DNA of 64,000 nt from positions 4,464,001-4,528,000 of the forward strand of contig MU058213.1 in assembly GCA_013265495.1 (NCBI GenBank), read 5' to 3'. Position 1 is the first letter of the stretch. Every line of letters starts with the position of its first letter. Origin of the DNA: Vicugna vicugna. Lineage: Eukaryota. Positions 13,885 through 24,980 of this stretch are shown here, piece after piece. Both the position numbers and the translations under genes were made by a program. The notes under the pieces are model-generated. The model did no database searches and was not told where the DNA came from. It saw only the letters and a list, made by a program, of their open reading frames with translations.

Positions 13885-14120
13885 GTGTTGCTTGCTGTGT
13901 ATTAGGCATGTTGCTAAGTACACATGCATTAGCTCATGAAATCGTCCCCACAACCCCTGCTGTGTAGTTATTACCTGTATTATTATTCATCTTCTGCAAA
14001 TCATGAAACTGAGGTTTAGAGGGTTTAGGTAACTCATCCAAAAGTTAAAAAAGTAGTTAAGTCATGGAACTGACTCTTAAGCCAAATACCGTCTGACTCC
14101 AAAACTGCTCTCTTAACCTT
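13885..14120 (-). mobile_element. MIR SINE
   Basis: gaaactgaggtttagagggtttaggtaact...gtctgactccaaaactgctctcttaacc. Confidence 0.75.
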
Positions 14121-14233
14121 TCTCTATAATGCTTTTAAATGCCGTTTTGTATTCAAGTGGTTAAAAAGTGAAAGTACAGCTTGCTACTTTGCTTTTCAGT
14201 GCATTATTAGCAGGGATGTATGTTTTTACATGG

Positions 14234-14414
14234 TTTTTTTTTTTTTGAAGTATAGTCAGTTTACAATGTTTTGTCAATTTCTGGTATACAGCATAATACT
14301 TCAGTCATACATGAATATAACATATATTTGTTTTCATATTCTTTTTCACCATAAGTTACTACAAGATATTGAATATAGTTCCCTATGCTATACCGTATGA
14401 ACTTGTTTAATCTA
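14234..14414 (-). mobile_element. Short young L1 3'-end insertion
   Basis: Poly-T then gaagtatagtcagtttacaatg...gatattgaatatagttccctatgctata; homologous to the 3'UTR at 1930-2095. Confidence 0.85.
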
Positions 14415-16509
14415 TGTTTCCTGTGTCTGTGGGGGAAAGTTTCAAACATAGGCGCTCTCCCTTAGGATTGAACTTTGGAATCATGAAAGAGAGAAAACAT
14501 GTTTTGGTGGTCACCCAAATTGTCTGGTGGCAACAGCTTTGAATGCTGTTCAGTTTCTTCTGCTGATTTGCTGAGACCAGTCACAACTCCTCTTACCTTC
14601 ATGTTTTTCTTTCTCTATAATGTGATACAATTTTGGTGATGTTACACAGTTCCAGGAACAAGCAAACTTCAACTAAAATATTGATTATTTTTACTCATAT
14701 TTCTGTAAACTACAGGAATGATTGTCTTTTGTATTTTCATAAGAAAATAAAATGACCTCACAACATCCATTCAAATTGACTGCTTGTCCATTTTAACAGT
14801 AAACACATTTTATTATGCTTCCCTGCCAGGCTTTCGGAACTGGCACACCTGATCTCTATTCATCCCTATCTGGTACTCTGAAAACTACTAGATAGAGCCT
14901 TTAAAGATGTCAGGCCATAGAAGAAAATCATAAATATGATTTTCATAAAGAAAATCATAAAAAAGGAACTTCAAGATCCTCTCTAATCTGGCCACTCTAC
15001 AAATTAATAAATTGAGGTCATTTGCATTCTCTGATCTGATTGAAGACTATACAACTAATTAGTAAGAATTTGAACTATAATCTTAGTCTTCTGGACTTGA
15101 ATCTTGTATCCTCTTCTAGTGTAAGATATTTCCATTTAGAAACAAGTTAGGCATTCTTTCTAAAGTAAATTATATGTAATAAGCTACCATTGAGGTTATC
15201 TTGCCAGTTACCCTCTGTGGAGTAATAATTCCTTTGGCTAATCACTGATTTCTTCCTGAAAAGGACCAACCTCTGTTATAGTAGGTGTATTTTCATAGAA
15301 TGTGTATGTTCTTTCTTTTAGACTGCTGACGATACAGTCAGTATTAGACTTACGTGGACAAGGCATCAAATTTATATTTATATGTAAGTGAACACTGATG
15401 TATCCAGAACCCAAATATGAAATTCGTTTTCTGTATGTTGTTTTTATGAGGGGCAAAATGATAAGAATATTAACATCAGAAATTAATCACCCATGCCAAC
15501 TTTCTGTGTCGTCAAAGGTCAGTTTAGACTCTGCTGTGTAACTTGCACTGGTTTCCACAAGAACCCTGGCTCTGGTGATTGATGTTCCTAGTGGGATCTA
15601 AGGATCTATAAGGTCCCAAATTGCCCTCCGAATTATCAACGAAATCTGGTGTTTAAAAACGTGTGTACAGCCAGCCTTGATCCACCAAGGATTTGAGTTG
15701 ACTAGTTTGCTTTTTTAGGATCAAACATGTTTTCCCTAATTTTTCTTTTTAAATTAAGTCATCTCTACATGGTGTGTGGTGAAATAGTTATTCAGAATAC
15801 TCAATTATCAAGGATATCCCTGCCTGCAAACTCTCTGAAAAGGAGCCAGCAAGAGCTCTGTGAGTGCTGCCTAGTACAAGGCAGTGGAGCTCTTCCTTGA
15901 TGGAGTTATAGCAATGTATCCTGGAAATTGTTGTGTTTATCTTTTCCTGTAATTATGCACTATACAGTGTCACCCCTAAAGCACTGGGAACATGTGAGGA
16001 AAGCAAAGCCAATGAATGTACATTTAAGTTTTATTCAGGGTCACCTAATTTTTATTTGCAGTTCAGTTTTAATTAGGTTATTTTAGGACGATGTAGCTAG
16101 TGCCTTTTTATCCTTCATACATGATTACCGACTTCCCTTTTTATTTTCATTCTCCTTTGTCCTTTATCTCTTCAGCATACTATTGTTTAACAGAGCTTTG
16201 TATAAGATACGAGCCTTGCATGCCAACTTTGATGTGGGAGAATGAATCATGTTGCCATTGATCTCAGCCTGAACAGAACAGCCATCTTCTAATAGGAGGA
16301 AGTTTCTAGCTTCAGGTTGTTTCAGCCCTCCATGCCTTGCTTAGCCTGCCATGTAAAGTCAGTTGCTTTACTCCAAACAGCACTGTATTAATATGCACAA
16401 CATGACCATTTTCAGTAGAAGGTTATTAGAATGCTAGTTTGTATCCTCTAGTGAATGAAATGATGTGTGATTATGAAGTCATCAGGCATGGACCAGTAAG
16501 ACTCCAGAG

Positions 16510-16670
16510 AGCCTGCCTCCTCCGAGGTCCTCGGGGGGCCATTGATTGGTGGCCATGTGTTTGTGCCCGATAGACTGTGAAATGGTGTGTTGCTACACGG
16601 CTGTGTTGCACCTGCGCCCCACCGAGGTGATTGATTGGTTTGGTCATGTGGAATGTTCCCATCTGGTCTG
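16510..16670. promoter_or_regulatory. Candidate intronic promoter/enhancer (CpG-retaining; reverse CCAAT boxes and E-boxes)
   Basis: Six CpGs within about 16522-16624; ATTGATTGG twice (16541, 16630), CATGTG twice, GCACCTGC at 16608-16615; no recognisable repeat. Motif evidence only. Confidence 0.45.
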
Positions 16671-17344
16671 CAGTAATGTGGTTTTTTTCTTTTTTTTCTT
16701 TTTCATCTGTGAATAGCAAGTGCTGGCTGGATAGTTACAGCAAACAGTTTCAGAGGCTAAATAATCCTTTTCCTCTAAGAACAAATTGGGATTTGAAGGA
16801 GTTTGTTTTTGCTCGCCTTGTTTTTATGAAGGTAGTCATTCTCCATCACATTGCTACCCCTTCTCTCTAGGATGTTATACTCCTTTCTCTTTGACCTGTT
16901 TCCACCTCCTCCTCCTCCTCCTCATACTAGATTAAAATGTGCTTTATATATTTCTAATTTGTGCAACTCTAAAGCAAAATCTTTTTTTTTTTTTTTTTTT
17001 TGCTATTTGTTGTTCTGACTTGCCACTTGAGGTGGTTTGCAATTTTTTAAAAGATGGTTTCTATGATCCTAATTGGATTATCAAAGTGCTGATGTATTTT
17101 TAAGCCTTCATTTAACCTTGCAAAAGTAGTGGTTTATTTATTGAAAACTACTGATGTTGCAGTTTAAATGTCAAGAAATTATTTATTAGGTTCTTTTTTT
17201 AAGAAGATTCTATAGTTATATTGGGCGGTCTTGTTTGATATTTCTTAATCTTAGTCCTTTTTCATAATTGATCTATTCATTCCACCTAATGACTAATTAC
17301 ATATCAGAGCACATCATCAGCCACATTCATCATAGTAGAATGTA

Positions 17345-17460
17345 ATAATCAATGACATTTCAACAAAGGAAAAAATAAATATGCAAATAAGGCCTCATTA
17401 ACATTTGCATGAGTTGTTTGAATAATCACGTTGCTGACAAGGCTGTAATTAACAGAAATT
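17345..17460. promoter_or_regulatory. Candidate SOX/POU enhancer module
   Basis: AACAAAG at about 17362, ATGCAAAT at 17381-17388 and ATTTGCAT at 17403-17410 in repeat-free sequence. Motif evidence only. Confidence 0.35.
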
Positions 17461-20306
17461 GATGCTGAGTTCAGTATTTGATAGTGTGTTTTCTCAGCGT
17501 TTTATTGTTGTCACTGCGGGGGCTGAAATGAAGTTCTGCTCTACTTGTACCTTGACTGGAGTTTGATGTGCTGGGCTGTGCCAGGTACCAAAGGCTTCTG
17601 GGAGCCCTTGATTCATCTATGACCTACACTTAATGCATATAAAGACACTTTATTTAAATGGCCTTATTTTTTAATGAAGCACTGTTAGGTTTTAGCAATT
17701 ATGAGACAACTGCAGAAATAAAACAAACATGAAAATTTAAATCATTATTTTGCCAGAACTGCTTTATATGAATCAGATACTGTAAGACTTTAAGATGTAG
17801 GTTTGTTCATGCCATGGAAAACTGATGTCATTAAATTTTGTTTTTTCTTAAATAAGGCCCAGTGGATCACTGTCAAGGGTTGGAGCTTACTGTAATTGAA
17901 GATCACTTGCTTAGGAAAAAATCTAATTATAAAATGTACAATTTTTTTAATAACTCTGCTCCCCCACATTCCTCCTCCTTTTCCTGTACTGTTTCCTGTT
18001 TTTGTCATGGATATTAACTGAAATGCACTAAACACAATAAAGCTGTTTATGTCAGTTTTTTGGATGACTGCAAGTGCTGATTATAACAAGTTTAAGGAAT
18101 TTCCTTTGTTGAATGTGTACCCGTGCCATATGGCTCAACATGGAACATTAACTTGACAGGGATAATGGATTGTGGTATATGGAGACAATTTTGCCTGCAG
18201 CTTTACTATAACTCATTCTGGTTGGGGATCACAGGTTTATAGTATGGGATGCAGCAAACATCCAGATGGATTTACTTTACATAAAAGAGTTGCATTTCTT
18301 TTTATTTCCTCCCTGTAATTGGAAAAAGAACATTTTTTTAAAGAAGCAAAATATAAAGAAGTAAACAAAGAAGGAAAGATTGTCCAAAAAAGAAAAACGG
18401 ATTCTGTGCAGTCTTTTTGTAAAATGCCATGAAAAAGACTATTATTTTTGTATATACAGCACATTACTTTAAAATCATGGTTTTACATTAGCTTATATTA
18501 TTCTTTCTAGGGAAGTATCTAAAATGAATTTTCCTTTTTAAGATTAGAGAATTGTCTGTAACAACTTCCTTATATTACAGTGTTGCGGGTTTGTAAACCC
18601 AAAGGATCAAGTGGTGTCATTTCTGAAATTATTTTAATAATGCTTAAACAGCAACCCTCCATGAGATGAATTGGATATGTAAGGTTTAAGATAGAAAACC
18701 CTTTTTAAAAAATATATCCAGTTTTTTAACGTAAATGTATTACATATAATAGAGGATAAGGTTAGTTTCTTTATTAAACAGTAATAAAACAAAATTTCTG
18801 ACTTCAGCTCCTTGGCTTTGTATGTATCCCTGTGATGCTTACTTGTGAACTCAGATTTATTTGGTGAGAATAGGGAAACTAAAAGCCACTTTGGCAGAAG
18901 GATTAGTGAAATCAAAGGTTAGTTGCCTATATAATGTTTAAATGTATTGTTGTTAAGAACTGACATCTATTTTACCTTACAAAGAAAAAAATTTAGACCT
19001 TTTTTTAATGAAACAGTCCTGTGCTAAGAAGCTGGCTTGCTTGCTTATTTTCAGTTTCTTTTTAAATCATTCACATCTTTTTTAAAATTTTCCATTCTGT
19101 ACTTAGGTGACATGTAGAACTGATGTCATCAATTAAATCGTGTGGAGTTCTACATTTTTCTACCTAATAAAACCATTAATCTATAATTTTGAGCTAGAAT
19201 CTTTTGATTCTTTAGGTAATATGCCCTCTCTGAGCACGGAGGGTAAAGAAATGTGTTTCTTGCACCCTCTGAACTCTAGCCGTCATATTACTGACAGCTT
19301 CGGAAGTTTACTTTGGGTATCTGAGACATACAGAGAAGTCAAAAGCTGAGCCCTTTAACCATCTTTGGTTAGAAGTCGGAAGGAAGCTAGGCTGGGAGGC
19401 CATGTGGAATAACATGCTAGGTTTTGTTTTGTTTTGTTTTGTTTTGTTTTTGCTCTGGGGAAGCAATTCTGTTTATGCATCTTAGGAAATCACAGTGGTC
19501 TTTCAGAGACTGATTGAAGATTTGAACATAAAACAGTAATATCCTCCTCATACCATAATTAAGTCACATGTTTTAACAGATCAATAGGTATTTCTTTTCT
19601 CTGTATTCCGAAGAGTAAAAAATGGGTTTCAATTTCCAGTGTATCATCTTACACTGATACATACATAGAGAGTAAATACATGAACTTTCCCTTAAAAAAT
19701 AATAAAATTTTCAGGGACATCAAAATCATTTATTTCAGATTTGAGGGCTTCCTTCATTCCATTATATAGTAAGTGGTTTCTTAAATTAGATCATACTTAC
19801 TATATGCTTATAAATAAAATACATTTTTTCTAATGTTTAAAATTTTTAATTTTCAAAGGATATGTGAATGAATAATGAAACCCTTACTTTCTTCCACTTC
19901 AGTAAAAGTTTGACACTTACCATAAAAGGCTTTTATTATATTATTTTGAAAAATAGTCTATAGTAATCTTTGACAAATGTCAAAAGAAAAGATTTTTTTA
20001 AAGCTTCTTATCTAAATTGTATGTCTAAAAATACTATTTTAAAAATATTTTTGGATAAATTTGGAACATTGGAACAGTTGTAGAAGTTATACATGCCATC
20101 CATTGATTGTCAGTGGTGATGACATTGCTACTATAATGCTGTGGCTCCACAACTGCTATCGAGATTTGTTTAAATTGTACAGTGCAATAATTTTGCAAAA
20201 TGTTTCTTATATTGGCAGAAGTTACAGTTCTGACATACTGTGCTTTTCTCCAGTTATAGTAAAGTGTTCATCATAAAGAATATTTGATTTAAAGAATATT
20301 ACCACC

Positions 20307-20453
20307 CAACCTATAATGAAAAAGTATGAAAAAGGATATATATGTGTATGTATATGTGTATGTGTGTGTATATATATATATAACTGAATCAGTATCCTGT
20401 ACACCAGAAACTAGCACAACATTGTAAATTAACTATACTTCAATTAAAAAAAT
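20307..20453 (+). mobile_element. Short L1 3'-end insertion with TSD
   Basis: taactgaatcagtatcctgtacaccagaaactagcacaacattgtaaattaactatacttcaattaaaaaa; atattaccacc at 20296-20306 and 20454-20464. Confidence 0.85.
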
Positions 20454-21176
20454 ATATTACCACCAACTCTACCTTTTCTTCTCTTTTAGCAGTCTGTTCT
20501 TCTTGGAGTCAGTTTTCTCCTTGGTAGCACTCGATCAAAGAGAACAGAGACAGAGAAAGGAAAAGGAGTTCCAATTTTTCTGTTTTCTTTTTACCTATTT
20601 GCATCACTGGGTAGCTAAATATTTCACAAGATTGGACTTTGATATTTGTATCTAAAATAATATAAACACTATCTGAGGATTTCTGTATTTCATGCTTTTT
20701 CCTTTAAGATAGTTTCTCTCAAGTTGGAACCAGCTTTCATTGCTTAAATCAGATTTTGGAGAGTCTTTCCCTAAGCCTTAACTTAAGACTTTTGTTTTAC
20801 ACAATATTGTTAACCATTCCTGGCTTATAAAAATCTTTGGGAAGTCTATGTACTTGAGATTGCATGGAGAGTCTGCTGCCTCCAGTGGAAGTTCAGGTAA
20901 CTGCAGCTGCAACCTCAGACAACCAACTCTATCTCATACATAAATCATCCCCAAATGGTAAAGTTTTGTAGGTGTTACTCATGTGTATCATCTTATAAGC
21001 CATGCTAGCAGTAGATTTGAAGGAAAAGGCAGCTGTTTCTCTCAGAAATGACTTACTATCAAAGGAATTCATTAGGATTGGGATAGGAGAATAGGCAAAA
21101 GGAGGGAATTAGAAGAGGCCTAACCATATTTATTGGGATTAAAAGATAAAAAACAAGTGACAGAGTATTATTGTTA

Positions 21177-23532
21177 CAGGCATACTTTGGAGATTTTGTG
21201 GTTTTGGTTCCAGGCCACCACAATAAAGCAAGTCACATGAATTTTTGGTTTCTCAGTGCATATAAAAGTTACCTTTACACTGTACTCTAGTCCAGTAAAT
21301 ATGCAACAGCATTATGTCCGAAAGAAGTGTACATCCTTAATTAGAAATACTGTACTGCTAAAAAATGTTAACCATCATCTGAGCTTTCAGCAAATTACAA
21401 TCTTTTTGCTGGTAGAGGGTCTTACCTCGATGTTGATAGCTGCTGACTGTTCCAGGGTGGTGATTGCTGAAGGTTGGGGTGGCTGTGGCAGTTCCTTAAA
21501 GTAGCAGTGAAGTTGGTTGCATTGATTGACTCCTTCTGTCATGAACAATTTCTCTGTCTCATTCAGTGCTGTTTTGATAGCATTTTAACTCACAGTAGAA
21601 CTTCTTTTAAAATTGGAATCAGGGCTCTCAGACTCTGCTGCTGCATTTTCAACTAAGTTTTTGTAGTATTCTAAATCTTTTCTTGTCATGTCAACACTCT
21701 TTCACAGCATCATCACCAGGAGTAGATTCCATCTCAAGAAATCATTTTGTTTGCTCATCCATAAGAAGCAACTCCTCATCTGTTCAAGTTTTCTCATGGA
21801 ATTGCAGCAATTCAGTCACACCCTCAGGCTCCGCTTCTATTTAGTTCTCTTGCTATTTCTACCATATCTGCAGTTACTTCCTCCACTAAAGTCTTGAACC
21901 TCCCAAAGTAATCCATGAAGGTTGGAACCTACTTCTTATAAACTTCTGTGTGTGTTCATATTTTGACCTCTTCCTGTGAATCATTCTTAATGGCATCTAG
22001 AATGGTGAAACCTTTCCAGAAGGTTTTCAGTTTACTTTGCCTTGGTCCATCAGAGGAATCACTCTTTGGCAGCTATAGCCTTGTAAAATATTTCTGAAAG
22101 AATAAGACTCAAAAGTTAAAATTACACCTTGGTTCATGACCTGCCAAATAGATGTTGTGTTAACAGGCATGAAAACAATATGAATCCTATTGTGCATCTC
22201 CATCAGAGCCCTTAGGTGACCAGGTGTATTGTCAGTGAACAGTAGTATTTTGAAAGAAATCTCTTTTTCTGAGCAGTAATTCTCAACAGTGGGCTTAAAA
22301 TATCCACTAAACCATGTTGTTAACAGATGTGCTGTCGTCCAGGCTTTGTTCTTCCATTTATACAGCACAGGCAGAGTAAATTTCACATAATTCTTAAAGG
22401 TCCTAAGATTTGAGGAATGGTAAGTGAGCACTGGCTTCAACTTCAAGTCACCAGCTGCATTAGCCCCTAGAAAGAGAATCAGCCTGCCCTTTGAAGCTTT
22501 GAAGCCAGGCATTGACTTTTCCTCTGTAACTATGAGAGTCCTGGAGGGCATCTTCTTCCAAGATAAGGCTATTTTGTCTACATTGAAAATACGTTGTTTA
22601 GTGTAGCCACTTTCATTAATGATCTTAGTTAGAGCTGGATAACTCACTACAGCTTCCACATCAGCAATTGCTGCTTCACCTTGCACTTTTATGTTAGAGA
22701 GATGGCTTCTTTTCTAAAACCTCATGAAGCAAATTCTTGTTAGCTTCAAACTTTCCTTCTGCAGCTTCCGCACGCCTCTCAGTCTTTATAGAATTGAAGA
22801 AAATTAGGGCCTTGCTCTGGATTAGGCTTTTTCTTAAGGGGATATTGTGGCTGGTTTGATCTCCTGTCCAGACCACTAATACTTTCTCCATATCAGCAAT
22901 AAAGCTATTTCACTTGTTCCAGTGTTCACTGGAGTAGCACTTTTAATTTCCTTCAGGAACTTTTCTTTTGCTTTCACAACTTGGTTAACTGCTAGGCACA
23001 AGAGGCCTAGCTTTCAGCCTATTTTGGCTTTCGACATGCCTTCCTCACTAAGCTTCATCATTTCTAGCTTTTGACTTAAAGTGAGACTTGCATCTTTTCC
23101 TTTCACTTGAACACTTAGAAGCCATTGTAGGGTTATTAACTGGCCTAATTTGTTGTCTCTCAGGAAATAGGGAGGCCCGAGGAGAAGGGAGAGAGACGGG
23201 GAACAGCAGGTCAGTGGAGCAGTCAGAACACACACAACATTTATTAAGTTTGCCATCTTACATCGGCACAGTTTATGGTGCCCCAGAACAGTTACAGTAG
23301 TAACATCAAAGATCAGACATCACCATAGCAAATAGAGTAATAATGCAAAAGTTTTGAATATTGCAAGAATTACCAAAATGTGACACACAGACATTAAGTG
23401 AGCAAATGCTGTTGGGAGAATAGCACCGATAAACTAATTGACACAGGGCCACAACCGATGTTCAATTTGTAAAAAAATGTAGTATCTGCAAAGTACAGTA
23501 AAGTGAAGCACAGTAAAAATTAGGTTTGTCTG
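21177..23532 (-). mobile_element. Full-length Tigger1-family (pogo/Tc1-mariner) DNA transposon
   Basis: TA|caggcatact... at the left and ...aggtttgtctg|TA at the right (decayed CAGGCATACCT TIRs, TA TSD); 2356 bp; transposase fragments in the ORF track. Confidence 0.95.
21368..23125 (-). pseudogene. Disrupted Tigger1 (TIGD1-like) transposase
   Basis: MASKCSSERK start at 23125; LSQKLEMMKLSEEGMSKAKIG; 219-aa DDE segment at 22027-22686 ([20 protein letters not shown]...[12 protein letters not shown]); several frameshifts and stops. Confidence 0.9.
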
Positions 23533-24020
23533 TATGTATAAACAAATTTTAAGCTGTTAAAAGTTTCCTTTTCAGGTGCATGCTACCAGTTGATGCATTG
23601 TATTACTAAGACTTCTTCCATTATTAAGTGATCAAAATTTTAGATTTAGGGTATTATAACTAATATTTTTGAAATCAATAAGTTTTAGATAAGTGAATTT
23701 ATGGTTGTATTAACCAGTAGCTGAAGTCATTTAGCTCACTTTAGTTGAGAGCTTGCGTTCAAATTTGTTTTATATTAGAGCTGAAGTTTTCGAAAGGCCC
23801 TTGGGAGGTCTTCTAGCTAAGATCATGTTTTCACTGTCCCAAACACAAATTAGTCTCTGTCCATTTCAGCCTTGTCTGCATTTCTCCCCTCTGCTCCCCA
23901 CTCCTCTCTGGTACCCCTCCTCCCTAATATTTTTTTTCTTCCTTTGGTATTTACTTGCCTACTGCTCTCAAATTTCTTACTCTTTCTTACTTTCCTCCTA
24001 CTCTCAAATTTCTTATTCTT

Positions 24021-24092
24021 TTTTTCATTGAAGTATAGTTGATTTACAATGTTGTATTAATTTCTGGTATACAACGTAGTGATTCGTTTATC
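24021..24092 (-). mobile_element. 72-bp L1 tail insertion with 16-bp TSD
   Basis: ttgaagtatagttgatttacaatgttgtattaatttctggtatacaac flanked by caaatttcttattctt at 24005-24020 and 24093-24108. Confidence 0.9.
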
Positions 24093-24568
24093 CAAATTTC
24101 TTATTCTTATGTATCACAAGGAATGATGATCTTTGATAACCCATTTTATGGCTACTAATTAATTACATACACTAAATTTCAAAAGTAAAGGCCTGATGTC
24201 CTGTTATATGGATGTTTTTGGAAATCTTAATAAACATAATTACATTTCAACTGCCTGTCTCTATGTGCCCCAGCATAACTTAAGAGCATTAGTAGTGACT
24301 CTGATAGTTGAGGACACATTCTCTGGACTAAGCATACTCTAGTGAGTCTTAGTACTCTTCCCTGGAAAAATCAGTAGTGATATTCATCACACAGGGCTTT
24401 GCCTCCTGTGTCATAGCTAAACCACCAGAGAAATCTTCCATGTACCTAGCCATCATCTTTATTTGCCACCACTAAACAATCTCTTCAATTTATGTCTTTA
24501 AATTAAAACCTTAGAAAAGTTTGGGGGTTACAGCTTTGGCCCACAGTCATACAGAAAGCTATCCTTGC

Positions 24569-24883
24569 TCTTGTAGCCCCTTTGAGCTTCTGTGACAAAG
24601 TACCACAGACTGGGTGATTTGTAAACGACAAATATTTATTTCTCCCAATTCTAGAGGCTAGGAGATCAGCGTACCAGCTTGGTCTAGTGCAAGCCCTTTT
24701 CCAGATGATAGGCTTCTCGTTGTGTCTTCACGTGTTGGGCCTCTTGATGAGGGCATATTAATCCCATTCATGAGAGCTCTACCTTCATGACCTAATTCAA
24801 AAGTCCCCCTCATAATACCATTTGCCTTAAGTGTTAGATTTCAACATGAATTTTGGGTAAACGCAGACATTCAGACCATAGCA
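24569..24883 (-). mobile_element. MLT1A-like MaLR solo LTR
   Basis: acaaagtaccacagactgggtg...gacattcagaccatagca (reverse complement TGCTATGGTCTGAATGTC, an MLT1A-type start); 5-bp TSD cttgc at 24564-24568 and 24884-24888. Confidence 0.85.
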
Positions 24884-24980
24884 CTTGCCCATTAGGGGCC
24901 AGGAATATTCAAGCCTTTCTTCTGATACATTCATAAGAAAAAGTAACAGCATCAAAAAGCTTTACACATGTTTTCATTAA

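Noticed and set aside
22027..22686. 219-aa ORF as a domesticated TIGD1-like gene
   Set aside because: It is one segment of a frameshifted Tigger1 with altered DDE motifs, antisense to TCF12, with no sign of selection.
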